Positions 1-10,529 of a stretch of 64,000 bases of DNA are shown one piece after another. The DNA is from a virus. Under the pieces are notes generated by a model that was not told where the DNA came from, ran no database searches, and saw only the letters and a list, made by a program, of their open reading frames with translations. Within the stretch, counting starts at the first letter, position 1. Each line of letters opens with the position of its first letter. Position numbers and translations under genes: made by a program. The DNA lies in the IMG/VR virus record IMGVR_UViG_3300046167_000924, positions 1 to 64,000 of that record, one strand, 5' to 3'.

Positions 1-1149
1 AATTTTATCTTTTAATTTATCGTTAATTGAAGGTTTGTAAAACAATTTTAATAATAACGCAGGATCTCCAATGCCAATTTTCGCAGCGTCGTAACCTTTG
101 GATTTTATCCACTTTAAACTAAGCGGGCCGCGAACGCATCTTGGAATTGCATTTTTAGTATTAATATCTTGAGAATTATGATGAATACCTACCCCGCAAA
201 TATAATCTCCATCTTGAATATCTGAACCAAGATTAGATCCAATAAGAAAAATATTCTTACTTAAACCTTCTTGATTAAAACAAACTTCGTCTTCAAACAA
301 AAATTGTGCTACAGGAACATTTAACTCGTCTCCAAAATTATTTCTACTATCGGACCAGTATTTTATATTCACGGGCTCTTGAGTGGCTTTATTACCTGCA
401 ACACCTATCTCTTCAAATTTCTCTCCACTAAATCTTAAATCTGAATTCTTATCAAGTTCAGTATTACCGTTTTTTTCATGAAGCTGGTGAGACATTAATG
501 GGTTTAAGTGAAAAAACCTTCCTGGGTCGCCGCAGACTGAATCGTGATTTAAAAATCGTATTAAAAAGTGATCTAAAGCAACGCTAAAACCTACGTCATA
601 AATTCTAGAACACAAGTCAACCGCCGCCTTTTTGCTGATTATATAAGAAGAAGCATTCATATGCCAATAGTGATCATCCTTACTAAAGAAATCGTTCTTT
701 TTGATCCTGTTGAAGAATTTATTTTCAGGCTCACACACATACTTGTAATACGGCCTATTCCAAGGCTGGCACCCGCCGAGATATATGATCGAAAAATCCT
801 GAGGTACATGTTCGCGGAAACCCTGATTCCAGTAAGAAGCGAATCCATCTTTAAAGCATACATCATCTTCAAGTATAAGATACGAGTCGGACTCATCGTC
901 ATTAACTAGTTTTTCCCAAATTTTAAAATGACTTAGTGCGCATGCTATTTCCGCCTTAGAAAACTTGAAATAAGTTTCGGGAAACAAACTTACAATCTTA
1001 TCATTTAGCTGCAAAGACTTTCCATCAATAGCTTCAAATCTTTCCGCAAAAAAAGGAAGATTTTCTTCTACATGATTTAATCTATCAGTTCGTCGATCAA
1101 GATTTATAAAAAAACATTTTGATATAGAATTTAACTTTGTCTGGTTCAT
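1..1149 (-). CDS. Glycosyltransferase family 25 domain fused to polysaccharide pyruvyl transferase domain (3' end runs off window)
   Basis: Not in ORF track; hand-translated from ATG 1149: MNQTKLNSISKCFFINLDRRTDRL..FEAIDG..EIACALSHFKIW..LILEDD (GT25 motifs), then YWSDSRNNFGDELN..GSNL..VRGPL..GDPALL (pyruvyltransferase motifs); open to base 1. Confidence 0.8.
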   Translation of the reverse strand, partial: MNQTKLNSISKCFFINLDRRTDRLNHVEENLPFFAERFEAIDGKSLQLNDKIVSLFPETYFKFSKAEIACALSHFKIWEKLVNDDESDSYLILEDDVCFKDGFASYWNQGFREHVPQDFSIIYLGGCQPWNRPYYKYVCEPENKFFNRIKKNDFFSKDDHYWHMNASSYIISKKAAVDLCSRIYDVGFSVALDHFLIRFLNHDSVCGDPGRFFHLNPLMSHQLHEKNGNTELDKNSDLRFSGEKFEEIGVAGNKATQEPVNIKYWSDSRNNFGDELNVPVAQFLFEDEVCFNQEGLSKNIFLIGSNLGSDIQDGDYICGVGIHHNSQDINTKNAIPRCVRGPLSLKWIKSKGYDAAKIGIGDPALLLKLFYKPSINDKLKDKI

Positions 1150-1160
1150 AGTATATTATA

Positions 1161-2264
1161 TTAAGAATCAATGGATTTAATTAAATTATTATAATAAATA
1201 ATATTGTCAGAATTATGCGGGTCATATTGTTTGATAAAATTTCTACAATCTTTTGTATAATCCTCAAGAACAAGTTCATGATTAATTACAGCACTCTTTA
1301 ATTGCTTTGCGCCCATATCTATATCAAATTCAGGGTAGTAATATCCTAAATTCATCAACTCTTCAGAATTATGGATTAAGGGCATACCTAGATACAAAAC
1401 TTCTAAATGAGAATAGTTTAAAGAGTTGTGAGTTTGACTACTCACTATAGTGCTGCCCCACCTACTCAAGCCTGCAAGGGTCGACCATTTATTATTAAAA
1501 AAACAAAAGTTCTGTCTATCTTTTACAATAGAAAGCCTCTTCATAAATTTCTTAAAAAAATGACCTTTCCTTATGTGATCGCAACAAAAAACATTTACCG
1601 AATCCAATGTTTCCGGAAATATCTGCTCAAGTTTTTCGCATATCATAATTGGAGTTATGCAATTTTTTATATGAGAGATATTAGGTTCGAATATACATAC
1701 CTTAGAAACATGTTTACTCTGAAATGAAACGGGAGATCCTGCCTCAGATAACTCTTTGTTTTTTTGGTCAATAAAGAAGGAATTCCATAAATAAGGAACA
1801 ACCTTTACGTTATCAAAATTATAATAACATTTAATATATTCCTTAAAAAATTCGTGATGAGGAAGAATCCAGATTTCAGATAAATGCTTCGGTTTTTCTA
1901 TTGGATTTTTTTGTGTCCTTTGGTCGTTTATAGCATAATGAATATCGTCCATAAATTTATTAAAAAAATGAACGAGAATGATTTTAAGTTTTGGGTTTCT
2001 AGATTTTAGCTTATCATACATTGAGTTTTTTAAGGTAAATCCAGCAACAATTAAAACATCAAGAATTAAAGAGTCACTGTCAAGTAAATGCTCAAGTAGT
2101 ATACCCTCCCCCTTTTTTATTTTTTTATCTGGGTCTTTAGCAGCGATGTAAAAACAATTAATCGCCCCCTCAGCATCTAACAAATGTTTTAAAAAGACTA
2201 TATTTTGCTGAAGTCCGTTCGCCCAAAAGGCGACAGATGGGTCTATAGTTATTCCAATTTTCAC
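1161..2264 (-). CDS. DUF2827-family putative glycosyltransferase
   Basis: W.NG.QQN..FL N-terminus, EPNIS..KNCITP and LNY..LE.LY.G.PLIHNS..GYYYP.FD motifs recalled from DUF2827; paralog of 2261..3331. Confidence 0.65.
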   Translation of the reverse strand: MKIGITIDPSVAFWANGLQQNIVFLKHLLDAEGAINCFYIAAKDPDKKIKKGEGILLEHLLDSDSLILDVLIVAGFTLKNSMYDKLKSRNPKLKIILVHFFNKFMDDIHYAINDQRTQKNPIEKPKHLSEIWILPHHEFFKEYIKCYYNFDNVKVVPYLWNSFFIDQKNKELSEAGSPVSFQSKHVSKVCIFEPNISHIKNCITPIMICEKLEQIFPETLDSVNVFCCDHIRKGHFFKKFMKRLSIVKDRQNFCFFNNKWSTLAGLSRWGSTIVSSQTHNSLNYSHLEVLYLGMPLIHNSEELMNLGYYYPEFDIDMGAKQLKSAVINHELVLEDYTKDCRNFIKQYDPHNSDNIIYYNNLIKSIDS

Positions 2265-3331
2265 GCAAATAATTTACGGTATCTTTCTTTGACTAAAGGA
2301 TTTTCGGGAGAATATCTCCACAATACTTTTGCAGCTTCTTCCTTATATTGATCTAAATTTTTATCATGAAAACTTATAGCGCTTTTTAAAGCGGCAGCAG
2401 CATCCTGAGTATTGTAGTTTGCATAATAATAACCCGCCTCCTTTATGTATTCAGAGTTATGAACGACTGGTATATTGAAATACAAAGCTTCAAGGTATGT
2501 ATAATTTAAAGCGTTTAACAATTGATGAGAAAGGACGATAGAGCATTCCTTAGCGAAAACCTTACTAATTTTTTGTCTAGAATCAAAATATATTTTATTC
2601 TTTTTTGCTAAGTTCAAGCACCACATTAAAGACCTAAAATATCTTTTTTTAGCCATCTTCGCAGAACAGTAGACAATTAATTTATCAAACGAATCCTCTT
2701 CGAAATTCAGCAACTCTTCCGCTGCCATAATTGCAGGAATACAACTTTTGGTTATATTTAAATTTGGTTCAACGATAGCTATATTTTTTGGCCTATCTGG
2801 ATTATAATAGCAACTTTCTCCAGCGGTATTCCATATTCTTTCGTGAGCTTGAACATATTTTGGACTCCATATATAAGGAAGGATAAATACTTTTTGAGTA
2901 TTGTAAAAAGTTTTAAAGTACTGAGTTGAAATTTCATAGTGAGGTGAAATCCAAACCTCGTCAACACCATGATTACCAACGCAAATGTTATCGCGGGGAG
3001 CCTGCTCTATGTCGGCGAGCATTCTATTTCCATAATGGATGTGCACATTTTTCAATTTAGGGTGAATCTCTTTTAATTTATCAATCAAAACATTCTCAAC
3101 AACCCAACCAGTCTGTAGGACATAATCGATATTATTTAATTTAATTAAATCTTTTCTATTTATAGTCATTATATTTTCAGGCGCATCAATTGATTTATCC
3201 AAATCATGATTTAAACACAAAATAGGTTCGTGACCTATATCTTTTAACAATTCAGCTAAAAAAACTATATTTTGCTGAAGCCCGTTACAAAAAACCCCCT
3301 TATCGAAGCCTGCGGTTAATACAATATCCAT
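2261..3331 (-). CDS. DUF2827-family putative glycosyltransferase (paralog 2)
   Basis: Same motif set (CNGLQQNIVFL, EPNLNITKSCIP, LNYTYLEALY..PVVHNS..GYYY). Confidence 0.65.
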   Translation of the reverse strand: MDIVLTAGFDKGVFCNGLQQNIVFLAELLKDIGHEPILCLNHDLDKSIDAPENIMTINRKDLIKLNNIDYVLQTGWVVENVLIDKLKEIHPKLKNVHIHYGNRMLADIEQAPRDNICVGNHGVDEVWISPHYEISTQYFKTFYNTQKVFILPYIWSPKYVQAHERIWNTAGESCYYNPDRPKNIAIVEPNLNITKSCIPAIMAAEELLNFEEDSFDKLIVYCSAKMAKKRYFRSLMWCLNLAKKNKIYFDSRQKISKVFAKECSIVLSHQLLNALNYTYLEALYFNIPVVHNSEYIKEAGYYYANYNTQDAAAALKSAISFHDKNLDQYKEEAAKVLWRYSPENPLVKERYRKLFA

Positions 3332-3363
3332 ATCTAAGATTACACGACCTTGAGCCTAAAATC

Positions 3364-3828
3364 CTAGCTAATATTAACATTTAATTTATGCCCGCTTTCA
3401 ATAATGGTATCAGAAAAAGATACAAAAAAACCTGTACTTGATACATTATATACAGAGTATGCATAAAAAGAATCGGAATCATCGTCGAATTGCATAGACG
3501 CGACAACATTAGGCAGTGAAGAGAAATTAAAAGCTGTAGATATCTCGTCAAACATAATACCCGTAGAAGATATTCCAATAGGAATATCTAAAGAATCGGA
3601 AACAGACTGAAGTGGGTTATCTGAAGATTGCCCAAGTTGCCTTATTTTTACCCAGTCTAGCTGGTTATCATCTCCAACTTTTTCGTATAAAAAATTATTA
3701 GAAGAATCTAAATATTGAGACCCAACTATCCCCGCAGCCTTGAAGCTTCCAGATGGATGCCCAGAATCCGTAATAAGAGGCTTTCTTATTCCCAGATTGG
3801 CATTGACGAAAGTTTCGAATGCACCCAT
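3364..3828 (-). CDS. Putative virion structural protein
   Basis: 154 aa downstream of portal; C-terminal F..LP.VV..Y.V..VS.TGF.V.F segment resembles the N-terminus of 38258..40384. Confidence 0.4.
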   Translation of the reverse strand: MGAFETFVNANLGIRKPLITDSGHPSGSFKAAGIVGSQYLDSSNNFLYEKVGDDNQLDWVKIRQLGQSSDNPLQSVSDSLDIPIGISSTGIMFDEISTAFNFSSLPNVVASMQFDDDSDSFYAYSVYNVSSTGFFVSFSDTIIESGHKLNVNIS

Positions 3829-3831
3829 TTC

Positions 3832-5817
3832 TTAAACCTCCTTTTCGCTGTGGTAAAGTAAAGCTGCGGAATATAAATCTAACCCGTGATTCGCAGAGAT
3901 TTCTTGAACGCCATCTAATGTGCCTAAATCAGCAATAACATCATTATCTTCCACGCATTCTTTTAAAACATCCTCCCACTCTCCCCTTTCTCTTGCTATA
4001 GCTATAGATTGACATAATTCATCTGCCAACTCAGTTTCTTTTTTAGAGAGCTTCTTTTTGTTCATTTTTTTTCTCATGGCCGTTTGCGCAAATTTTCTAA
4101 AACTTTCGGTGGCGTAGATAGAATTTTGTATACTTTTTCTAGAGTACAAATGTTCCGCCGAAGATTCTTGAGGTATACCTGAAGAACCTACTGGTCTACC
4201 AACTTCTTTGGCGGGGTTGTCAAGAGGAGCATCCGTCGGCCCATCTTCTTGAGGGTTAAACATTGGAACACCACCAACGATTGGATTAAACAGTCCTTCT
4301 TTTCTATGAGACCTAAACTCTCTTTGGGCTTGCTCAAGATCTTGGGGTTTGGGGTATACCCCTTTATCCAGAACCTCCATACCCTGCTTTGGAGTAATAA
4401 CCCCAAGCTCTATCAATCTAGTAGCAACCCGCTGAAGTTGAACTTCATCCTTTATATCTACCTCTTCAAATTTCACAGTGGGATACTTCCTAAATCCTAA
4501 ATTTTTGCAGACCATTTTTATTTGAGGCTGTAAAAAGTCATAAATAAAAGCATTCCTAGCCTCCTTCAATCTTTCCATAAAAATAGAAGCCTTAACTTGA
4601 GTATTGCTATACCTTTCGTCGCCAACTATAACATTCTGAAGGCCTTCTTTTATATCGTTATTTATAACTTCGTATTTACTTGGCCCGACAACCTTACTAA
4701 TATCAGGGATAACGAAAGAAGCTTTTGTGGTAAAATCACTAACCAAGACTCTACCGACGCTTTCGTTTTTAAATAGGTTTTGCATGGCCTCCATATTCTT
4801 TGGGTTAATACCTCCCTTATCAGGTTCAGCGCCCATTGTAATAAGAAGAATTACGTTTTCAATTGTTCTACAAATAGCCTGGTCGATTTTTTTTAACTCA
4901 AGTTTAAAGTTAATATCATCCAACACGGGGTAACCAAAAGGAATCGCAAAAGGCTCATAGTCTTGTTTTTTATAAAAAGAATATACCATTTTTTCCGGAT
5001 CAAGTTTAATCCTTATTCCATCAGAATTAAAACTCTTATTGTTTATCTTTTCTTGAACATCCGGAGGTAAAGCTTTAAAAACCTCCAAATCGTATTCAGT
5101 TTTAGGGTTCTTGATTCTTTCAATATCGTATTCAGATAATATTTTTTCGTAAACCCCTGAATCGAAAGAAGATCCTTTTGTTGCCACTATATCATAAGGA
5201 TTTAATAAAATATATTTAACAGGCAGCTTTCCTGGCTGTAAAGATATTGTTGACCCATAAATTTTTGAAAGTCTATCAAAGTCACTTTTGGAGAAAGCTC
5301 CATCCACTCGATACAAAAATATATTACCACTCCTATAATACTCTCTAAAATACTGATCTTTTAATCCCCATAAATTAATTTTTTCAAACCACTTATAAAT
5401 AAAGTCTTGAGATTTTTGAGTTCCTCCATCTAGATATATACCAGCGTTAGCAAATTCAGACATTACATCAACTGCGTTTCTAAAAACAGAAACATTAGCA
5501 TAAGCCTTCTGACATAACTCTATAGCCTCTCTAACATCGACTCCGTCAGATCCATATTGATAAGGTAATAACCCACCAGAAATATTTGAAAACCTGAATT
5601 TCTTATCTGATTTATGGATAGAATTCCTTCTAGACGCGAAATCATCTGAACTAGATTTTGTTCGAGAATATGAAGCTTGAGACTCTGTATAAAAAGGTTC
5701 CCCCACAGAAGACGGGGTAATTAACGGGGCTTCTGGGTAATCATCTATTTTTGCGGTAGACTCTTGGTTGAATTTTTCCCAATATTTAGATTTTTTTACA
5801 TATTTCCTCTTACTCAT
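3832..5817 (-). CDS. Portal protein (putative)
   Basis: 661 aa; FRNAVDVMSEFAN / YFREYYRSGNIFLY segments resemble phage portals; GTGTA motif upstream; terminase and capsid genes elsewhere in window. Confidence 0.65.
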   Translation of the reverse strand: MSKRKYVKKSKYWEKFNQESTAKIDDYPEAPLITPSSVGEPFYTESQASYSRTKSSSDDFASRRNSIHKSDKKFRFSNISGGLLPYQYGSDGVDVREAIELCQKAYANVSVFRNAVDVMSEFANAGIYLDGGTQKSQDFIYKWFEKINLWGLKDQYFREYYRSGNIFLYRVDGAFSKSDFDRLSKIYGSTISLQPGKLPVKYILLNPYDIVATKGSSFDSGVYEKILSEYDIERIKNPKTEYDLEVFKALPPDVQEKINNKSFNSDGIRIKLDPEKMVYSFYKKQDYEPFAIPFGYPVLDDINFKLELKKIDQAICRTIENVILLITMGAEPDKGGINPKNMEAMQNLFKNESVGRVLVSDFTTKASFVIPDISKVVGPSKYEVINNDIKEGLQNVIVGDERYSNTQVKASIFMERLKEARNAFIYDFLQPQIKMVCKNLGFRKYPTVKFEEVDIKDEVQLQRVATRLIELGVITPKQGMEVLDKGVYPKPQDLEQAQREFRSHRKEGLFNPIVGGVPMFNPQEDGPTDAPLDNPAKEVGRPVGSSGIPQESSAEHLYSRKSIQNSIYATESFRKFAQTAMRKKMNKKKLSKKETELADELCQSIAIARERGEWEDVLKECVEDNDVIADLGTLDGVQEISANHGLDLYSAALLYHSEKEV

Positions 5818-5910
5818 TCATTATGATACACAAAAGTTAAAGTAAAGTCTACTAAAAGTCCAAAGTTAACTTTCAACTTTTAATAAAAGTAGAATTGTGT
5901 ATATACCAAT

Positions 5911-6087
5911 ATGTCTGAAGAAAAAAAGAAAATGTGCATCGTTTCTACCGAAAATGGAGAAATGCTCGGGGAGGTATTGAATCAATACGAAGAAATAGGA
6001 GGGCCAGAGGACGGCGCTATATTCGCAATTATAAGTTTGGAAAACGGGCAAACCCTTACTGTAAAAATACAAGAGTATATAGACTAA
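5911..6087 (+). CDS. Small acidic hypothetical protein (58 aa)
   Basis: Hand-translated MSEEKKKMCIVSTENGEMLGEV...KIQEYID; GTGTATA 7 nt upstream of ATG. Confidence 0.6.
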   Translation: MSEEKKKMCIVSTENGEMLGEVLNQYEEIGGPEDGAIFAIISLENGQTLTVKIQEYID

Positions 6088-6110
6088 TAACAGTGTAATA
6101 TAAAGATCGC

Positions 6111-7103
6111 ATGAACGACCACTTAAATAATAAAAACTTTAGATACCCGAATGATAACAGAGAATTGGATTTCACAGAGCATGATTATCCATCCCAGCAA
6201 TCAATAGATCCATTCGCTCAAAAAGGAGAAAGACAATTTTACCCAAATGATAATGGAGGGCATTACCCAAATTCAAATAGAATAAATATTGATTATATTG
6301 ATCCCGAATCAAACACTCAATCACCAAACTCAAATTCCATATGGACTCCTAGAAAAATTTTGCCTCAATTGTCTATGTGGCACGACGCAGATGATAAAAA
6401 AACCATATATGCAGATTTAGGGAAAACAACCTTATCTACAGATAAAATCGCCGTACTAGAAGATAAAACCGGAAACGCAAAACATGACTTAACTCAGATC
6501 GACCAATTAGATCAGCCTAGTTACAGTATCATGAATAATTCAAATAATAAATGCACAATTTATTTTGATGGAGACGATCACATGCAAACTGCGGCATCAA
6601 ACATAGAAACAGCTCCTAGCTTTTCTATTTTTATAATCTCAGAACTTATAACCATTGACAACGGCGCAGATTCATTGATTTCTCTTGGAGGTCTAATTAA
6701 TTGGCAGATTCAATCATCATCAACTTCACAATTTCTATGTAGGTGGAACTCAAACCAAACAAACAACACTCCCAAAACATTTTCTAATACAGGTTTAATT
6801 AACCCAAGAATTTTTGAATTTATTTTCGACTTGAGCAGTTCAACTCTATCGGCCTTCGTAGATGGAGTGCTCCTCGGCTCAACCACCTATGCAGTTCCAC
6901 ATACCAATGCAAGATATATACTATTTGGAAATAGAGCCAGAAACCAAAGCCCAAGGGGCTGGGTTGGAGAAAATATAATTGTAAACGAAGCCGCCCAAGA
7001 CGCCTTGAGGTACAAAATAGAAGGATACCTTGCTCACAAATGGGGTTTAGAGCAAAACCTCCCAAGTAACCATATATACAAAAAACAAACACCAACTTTA
7101 TAA
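6111..7103 (+). CDS. LamG/concanavalin-like domain virion protein
   Basis: LSMWHDADD..DKTGNAKHDLTQ..FDGDD and C-terminal IEGYLAHKWGL pattern; related to 53057..53971. Confidence 0.55.
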   Translation: MNDHLNNKNFRYPNDNRELDFTEHDYPSQQSIDPFAQKGERQFYPNDNGGHYPNSNRINIDYIDPESNTQSPNSNSIWTPRKILPQLSMWHDADDKKTIYADLGKTTLSTDKIAVLEDKTGNAKHDLTQIDQLDQPSYSIMNNSNNKCTIYFDGDDHMQTAASNIETAPSFSIFIISELITIDNGADSLISLGGLINWQIQSSSTSQFLCRWNSNQTNNTPKTFSNTGLINPRIFEFIFDLSSSTLSAFVDGVLLGSTTYAVPHTNARYILFGNRARNQSPRGWVGENIIVNEAAQDALRYKIEGYLAHKWGLEQNLPSNHIYKKQTPTL

Positions 7104-7107
7104 AATT

Positions 7108-9066
7108 ATGATTTTTGCAATAACAACTTTAATTTCAGCTTTAAGTATATCTTTAATCGCAGCCTATTTTAGTATTATAGGTTTAGCAACAATTTTCCCA
7201 GGCTCAATGTATGCAGTTATAGCTATGGGTTCAGTATTAGAAATAGGAAAAATAATAGCTTCTGTATGGCTGCATAAAAACTGGAAATCTGCACCAGCTA
7301 TGATAAAAGTTTATTTATTTTCTGCCATTTTAGTATTAATGGGAATAACAAGTATGGGTATTTTTGGATTTTTATCCAAGGCTCATATTGAACACGAACA
7401 GAATAGTGAAAAAGCAAGAGCCCTAGTAACGCAAGTTGAATCCAAAATAACAAGAGAAAAAGAATACATACAAACACAAAAAGATTTTGTCTCAAAAAAC
7501 GAACAGAAAAATGAAAACCTTTCAGATAAAAGCTCTGAGAACATAAAACTAGAACAAGATAAAATATCCCAACTAACAACTCAACTAGAAAAAGACATTG
7601 ATTTAGACAATAAAATGTTGTCCCCAATTACATTAAGACTAAAAGAGCTTAATGAAGAATTAAATACTATTAAAAATAAATCTGGCGGATTATTTTCCAG
7701 TAAAAAGAAAAACATAGAAGAAAAGATAGCAGAACAAGCAAAAGAAAGAGAAGATCTAGACTTAAAGAAAAAAGAAATACAAAAAAGAATATCTAAATAT
7801 CGCGAAGAAACATCTGAATTGATTTCCGACATAAGAAAAAGGATACAGGAATATCAAACTATCGGATTTGACAAACCAGAAGATGTAGAATTAAAAATTG
7901 AAAAATTCAATCAAAATATATCAGAAGCATTAGACCGGATAGACGAACTTGAAAGGCAGAAATTTGACTTAGATGACGGATCAAGGCAACTCGAAGCTGA
8001 AGTCGGACCATTGAAATATGTTGCGGAATTTATATCAGATATAACAGGTTCGTCATTCGACATCAGTAAAGCGGTAAGAATAGTTATAATAATATTAATT
8101 TTTGTTTTTGACCCGCTCGCTATATTACTTGTTTTAGCGGCACATATTAGTCTTTCTAAAAGATTTCCAAGCGCAGTAATAGATGAAGGCGTTTACATTG
8201 AAAAGATTTCTGAATTTCAAATCAAAGAAAAAGAACTAGAATCCAAAGGGCTTGAACTATCAGAAAGGCAGAAAGACCTAGAAGAAGAGCAGAAAATAAT
8301 AGAACTTCACGAAACTCAAACAAAAAAATATCAAGATGAAATTGTTAAAAACAAAGAAACTGCGAGGAAACTTAGATTAGAGACGGAGCAATCAAACATA
8401 GAAAGAGAACAAACAACTCAAGTTCATAAAGACATTGGAGAACTCAATCAAGAAAAAGCAAAAATCAAAAAAGACATCAATAACTTTAAACAAGAAAAAA
8501 GCTCCCTACTCTTAAAAGTGGATGAAACAAAAAAAGACGCTCAACAAATTAAAGCCGTACTTGGAAATCATAAAGAAAATAAAGAAAAAATATCCGAAAT
8601 TCAAAAACAGCATGAGTCAATCAACAGAAGCGTGCTAAGTTTAAAACAGACAATAAGATCTCTATCTGAACAGAATGAACAACTAAAGCTAAATACAAAA
8701 AATCAATCAGAATTAGAAAAACAAGTTCAAGACTTAATATCTCAAAAAAATAAAATATTAAAAGATCAACTTAACGCTCAAACATTATTAATAATCAGCA
8801 AAGAAAGAGGTGGGCAAGGAGAATTTGTATTAAAGCTTCCCTCTTCTCTTGGAGGGGTTCACGAATTAACAAAAATAACAGAATTCTCTAAAGACGACAT
8901 TGAGTCCTATAAAATACTTGTAGATGAAATCGACGCAGAATGCCCGAGTAGAGATCCAGGAGTATTGATTCAGAGTTTTGAATCTAAAATGGCACAAAAG
9001 ATAAATCCGTCAATCAACAACAGGGAATACAATAAAAATAAACCTTCCTATAAATTTAATCCTTGA
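7108..9066 (+). CDS. Membrane-anchored long coiled-coil protein
   Basis: Three N-terminal hydrophobic helices, K/E/Q-rich coiled coils, internal TM (IIILIFVFDPLAILLVLAA). Confidence 0.6.
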   Translation: MIFAITTLISALSISLIAAYFSIIGLATIFPGSMYAVIAMGSVLEIGKIIASVWLHKNWKSAPAMIKVYLFSAILVLMGITSMGIFGFLSKAHIEHEQNSEKARALVTQVESKITREKEYIQTQKDFVSKNEQKNENLSDKSSENIKLEQDKISQLTTQLEKDIDLDNKMLSPITLRLKELNEELNTIKNKSGGLFSSKKKNIEEKIAEQAKEREDLDLKKKEIQKRISKYREETSELISDIRKRIQEYQTIGFDKPEDVELKIEKFNQNISEALDRIDELERQKFDLDDGSRQLEAEVGPLKYVAEFISDITGSSFDISKAVRIVIIILIFVFDPLAILLVLAAHISLSKRFPSAVIDEGVYIEKISEFQIKEKELESKGLELSERQKDLEEEQKIIELHETQTKKYQDEIVKNKETARKLRLETEQSNIEREQTTQVHKDIGELNQEKAKIKKDINNFKQEKSSLLLKVDETKKDAQQIKAVLGNHKENKEKISEIQKQHESINRSVLSLKQTIRSLSEQNEQLKLNTKNQSELEKQVQDLISQKNKILKDQLNAQTLLIISKERGGQGEFVLKLPSSLGGVHELTKITEFSKDDIESYKILVDEIDAECPSRDPGVLIQSFESKMAQKINPSINNREYNKNKPSYKFNP

Positions 9067-9100
9067 CTTTTAAACGAATATCTGATACCCTCAATGGGTG
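9063..9100 (+). promoter_or_regulatory. Sigma70-type promoter, start codon at predicted TSS
   Basis: TTGACT-17nt-TACCCT-6nt-GTG(9098). Confidence 0.6.
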
Positions 9101-9430
9101 CCAAAATTTAACAAAAGAAAAGTAATACAGAAACTCGTCGTAGAGCCAAGTTCTCAAAAAAGAATCTTTTGGGCTCGCGAGATGAAGCTGTTAAATACCA
9201 TATTAGAAATTTTTCCCGATACAGATTTTTGGGAAAAAGTTAGACTTAGAAAAGTCAACAGTCTAGCGATGTTAAAAACGCAAAAAAGCCTTTCCTTTCT
9301 GAGGAAAAAATATAATGAATTTCATTATAAAATTCCAGAAAAAATAGAAATACCTCTTGGAGAAAAAACAGGGGAAGATAAATTTTTCTCGAAAAAACCA
9401 AAAACAATCAGACAATTCATAGATGAGTAA
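9098..9430 (+). CDS. Hypothetical protein
   Basis: 110 aa ORF at start of replication operon, overlaps recA start. Confidence 0.65.
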   Translation: MPKFNKRKVIQKLVVEPSSQKRIFWAREMKLLNTILEIFPDTDFWEKVRLRKVNSLAMLKTQKSLSFLRKKYNEFHYKIPEKIEIPLGEKTGEDKFFSKKPKTIRQFIDE

Positions 9431-10529
9431 AATAAAAGAAATTCAAACAACAGATCAAATTGCAAAATTCCTTGAAGATAAAGACAATAAAAAATATCAC
9501 TATAATTTTCACGAAAGTGAAGAGTATAAAATTTCAAGCGGAAGCCTAAATTTAGATATAGCTCTTGGAGGCGGACTCCCTAGTGGGGCTCACAGATTTA
9601 CAGGTATAAATGAGGGAGGTAAAACTAGTTGCGCCATGGCCTTTGCGAGGAACTTTCAAAAACACTTCTCTAAAAATGGAATGGTAATCTACATTAAAAG
9701 CGAAGGTAGGTTTAGTAAAGAAATGATGGAAAGGTCAGGAATCGACACAGACCCAGAAAAGCTTTTTATTTTTGATTGTAATATTTTCGAAAAAGTCTTT
9801 GAGTTAGTTAGAGACTTGGTCTTCAATAACGATCACGACAAAAAATATATGTTTATCATTGACAGCGTAGACGCTTTATGCAGAATTGGAGATATAGACA
9901 AACCGTTTGCTGAATCAGAGCAGGTTGCGGGTGGAGCCTTGATAACTTCTGTTTTCTTAAAGAAAATGGTTCTCCCGATAACTAAAATGGGGCACACAAT
10001 GATCCTAACTAGCCAAGTTAGAGTTGAAGTAGCAACAAACCCCTATGCAGCAAGGGGAGGGCCTAAAGTTAAACAGGCAGGAGGTAACGCAATAAAGCAT
10101 TATGCTAATTTTATTCTAGAGTTTGAAGAGAGGTATACAGGAGACTTAATGTTCAAAAACCCTACTGCCACCAAGCTCGACGACAAAGGAGAACCTATAG
10201 GACATTACTGCAAAATACGTTTTAGAAAAAGCGTTAACGAAAAAACAGGTTCCAGTGTAAGATATCCAATAAAGTATGGACAGAAAGATGGCAAATCCGT
10301 CTGGAGAGCAAGAGAAATATTAGATATGCTTTATCTATTTAATTTGATCCAGAAAAAAGGTGCATGGATATCTGTCTCAGAAGACTTAATAAAAGAACTT
10401 CAAGAAAAAGATTTAGAAATTAATGAAAAATTCCAAGGAGAGCAGAGGATAATCGACTTCCTGGAAGAAAACGAAAAGCTTTCTGATTTTCTTTATGAAG
10501 ATTTCAAGAAGTTAACAAATGCGCTTTAA
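9423..10529 (+). CDS. recA: RecA/UvsX-like recombinase
   Basis: SSGSLNLDIALGGGLP, Walker A variant GINEGGKTS, IIDSVDAL, GGNAIKHYA motifs. Confidence 0.9.
   Translation: MSKIKEIQTTDQIAKFLEDKDNKKYHYNFHESEEYKISSGSLNLDIALGGGLPSGAHRFTGINEGGKTSCAMAFARNFQKHFSKNGMVIYIKSEGRFSKEMMERSGIDTDPEKLFIFDCNIFEKVFELVRDLVFNNDHDKKYMFIIDSVDALCRIGDIDKPFAESEQVAGGALITSVFLKKMVLPITKMGHTMILTSQVRVEVATNPYAARGGPKVKQAGGNAIKHYANFILEFEERYTGDLMFKNPTATKLDDKGEPIGHYCKIRFRKSVNEKTGSSVRYPIKYGQKDGKSVWRAREILDMLYLFNLIQKKGAWISVSEDLIKELQEKDLEINEKFQGEQRIIDFLEENEKLSDFLYEDFKKLTNAL

Noticed and set aside
657-909. Two short ORF-track ORFs at 657-909
   Set aside because: They overlap the longer GT25-pyruvyltransferase frame (1..1149, minus), which has clear motifs.
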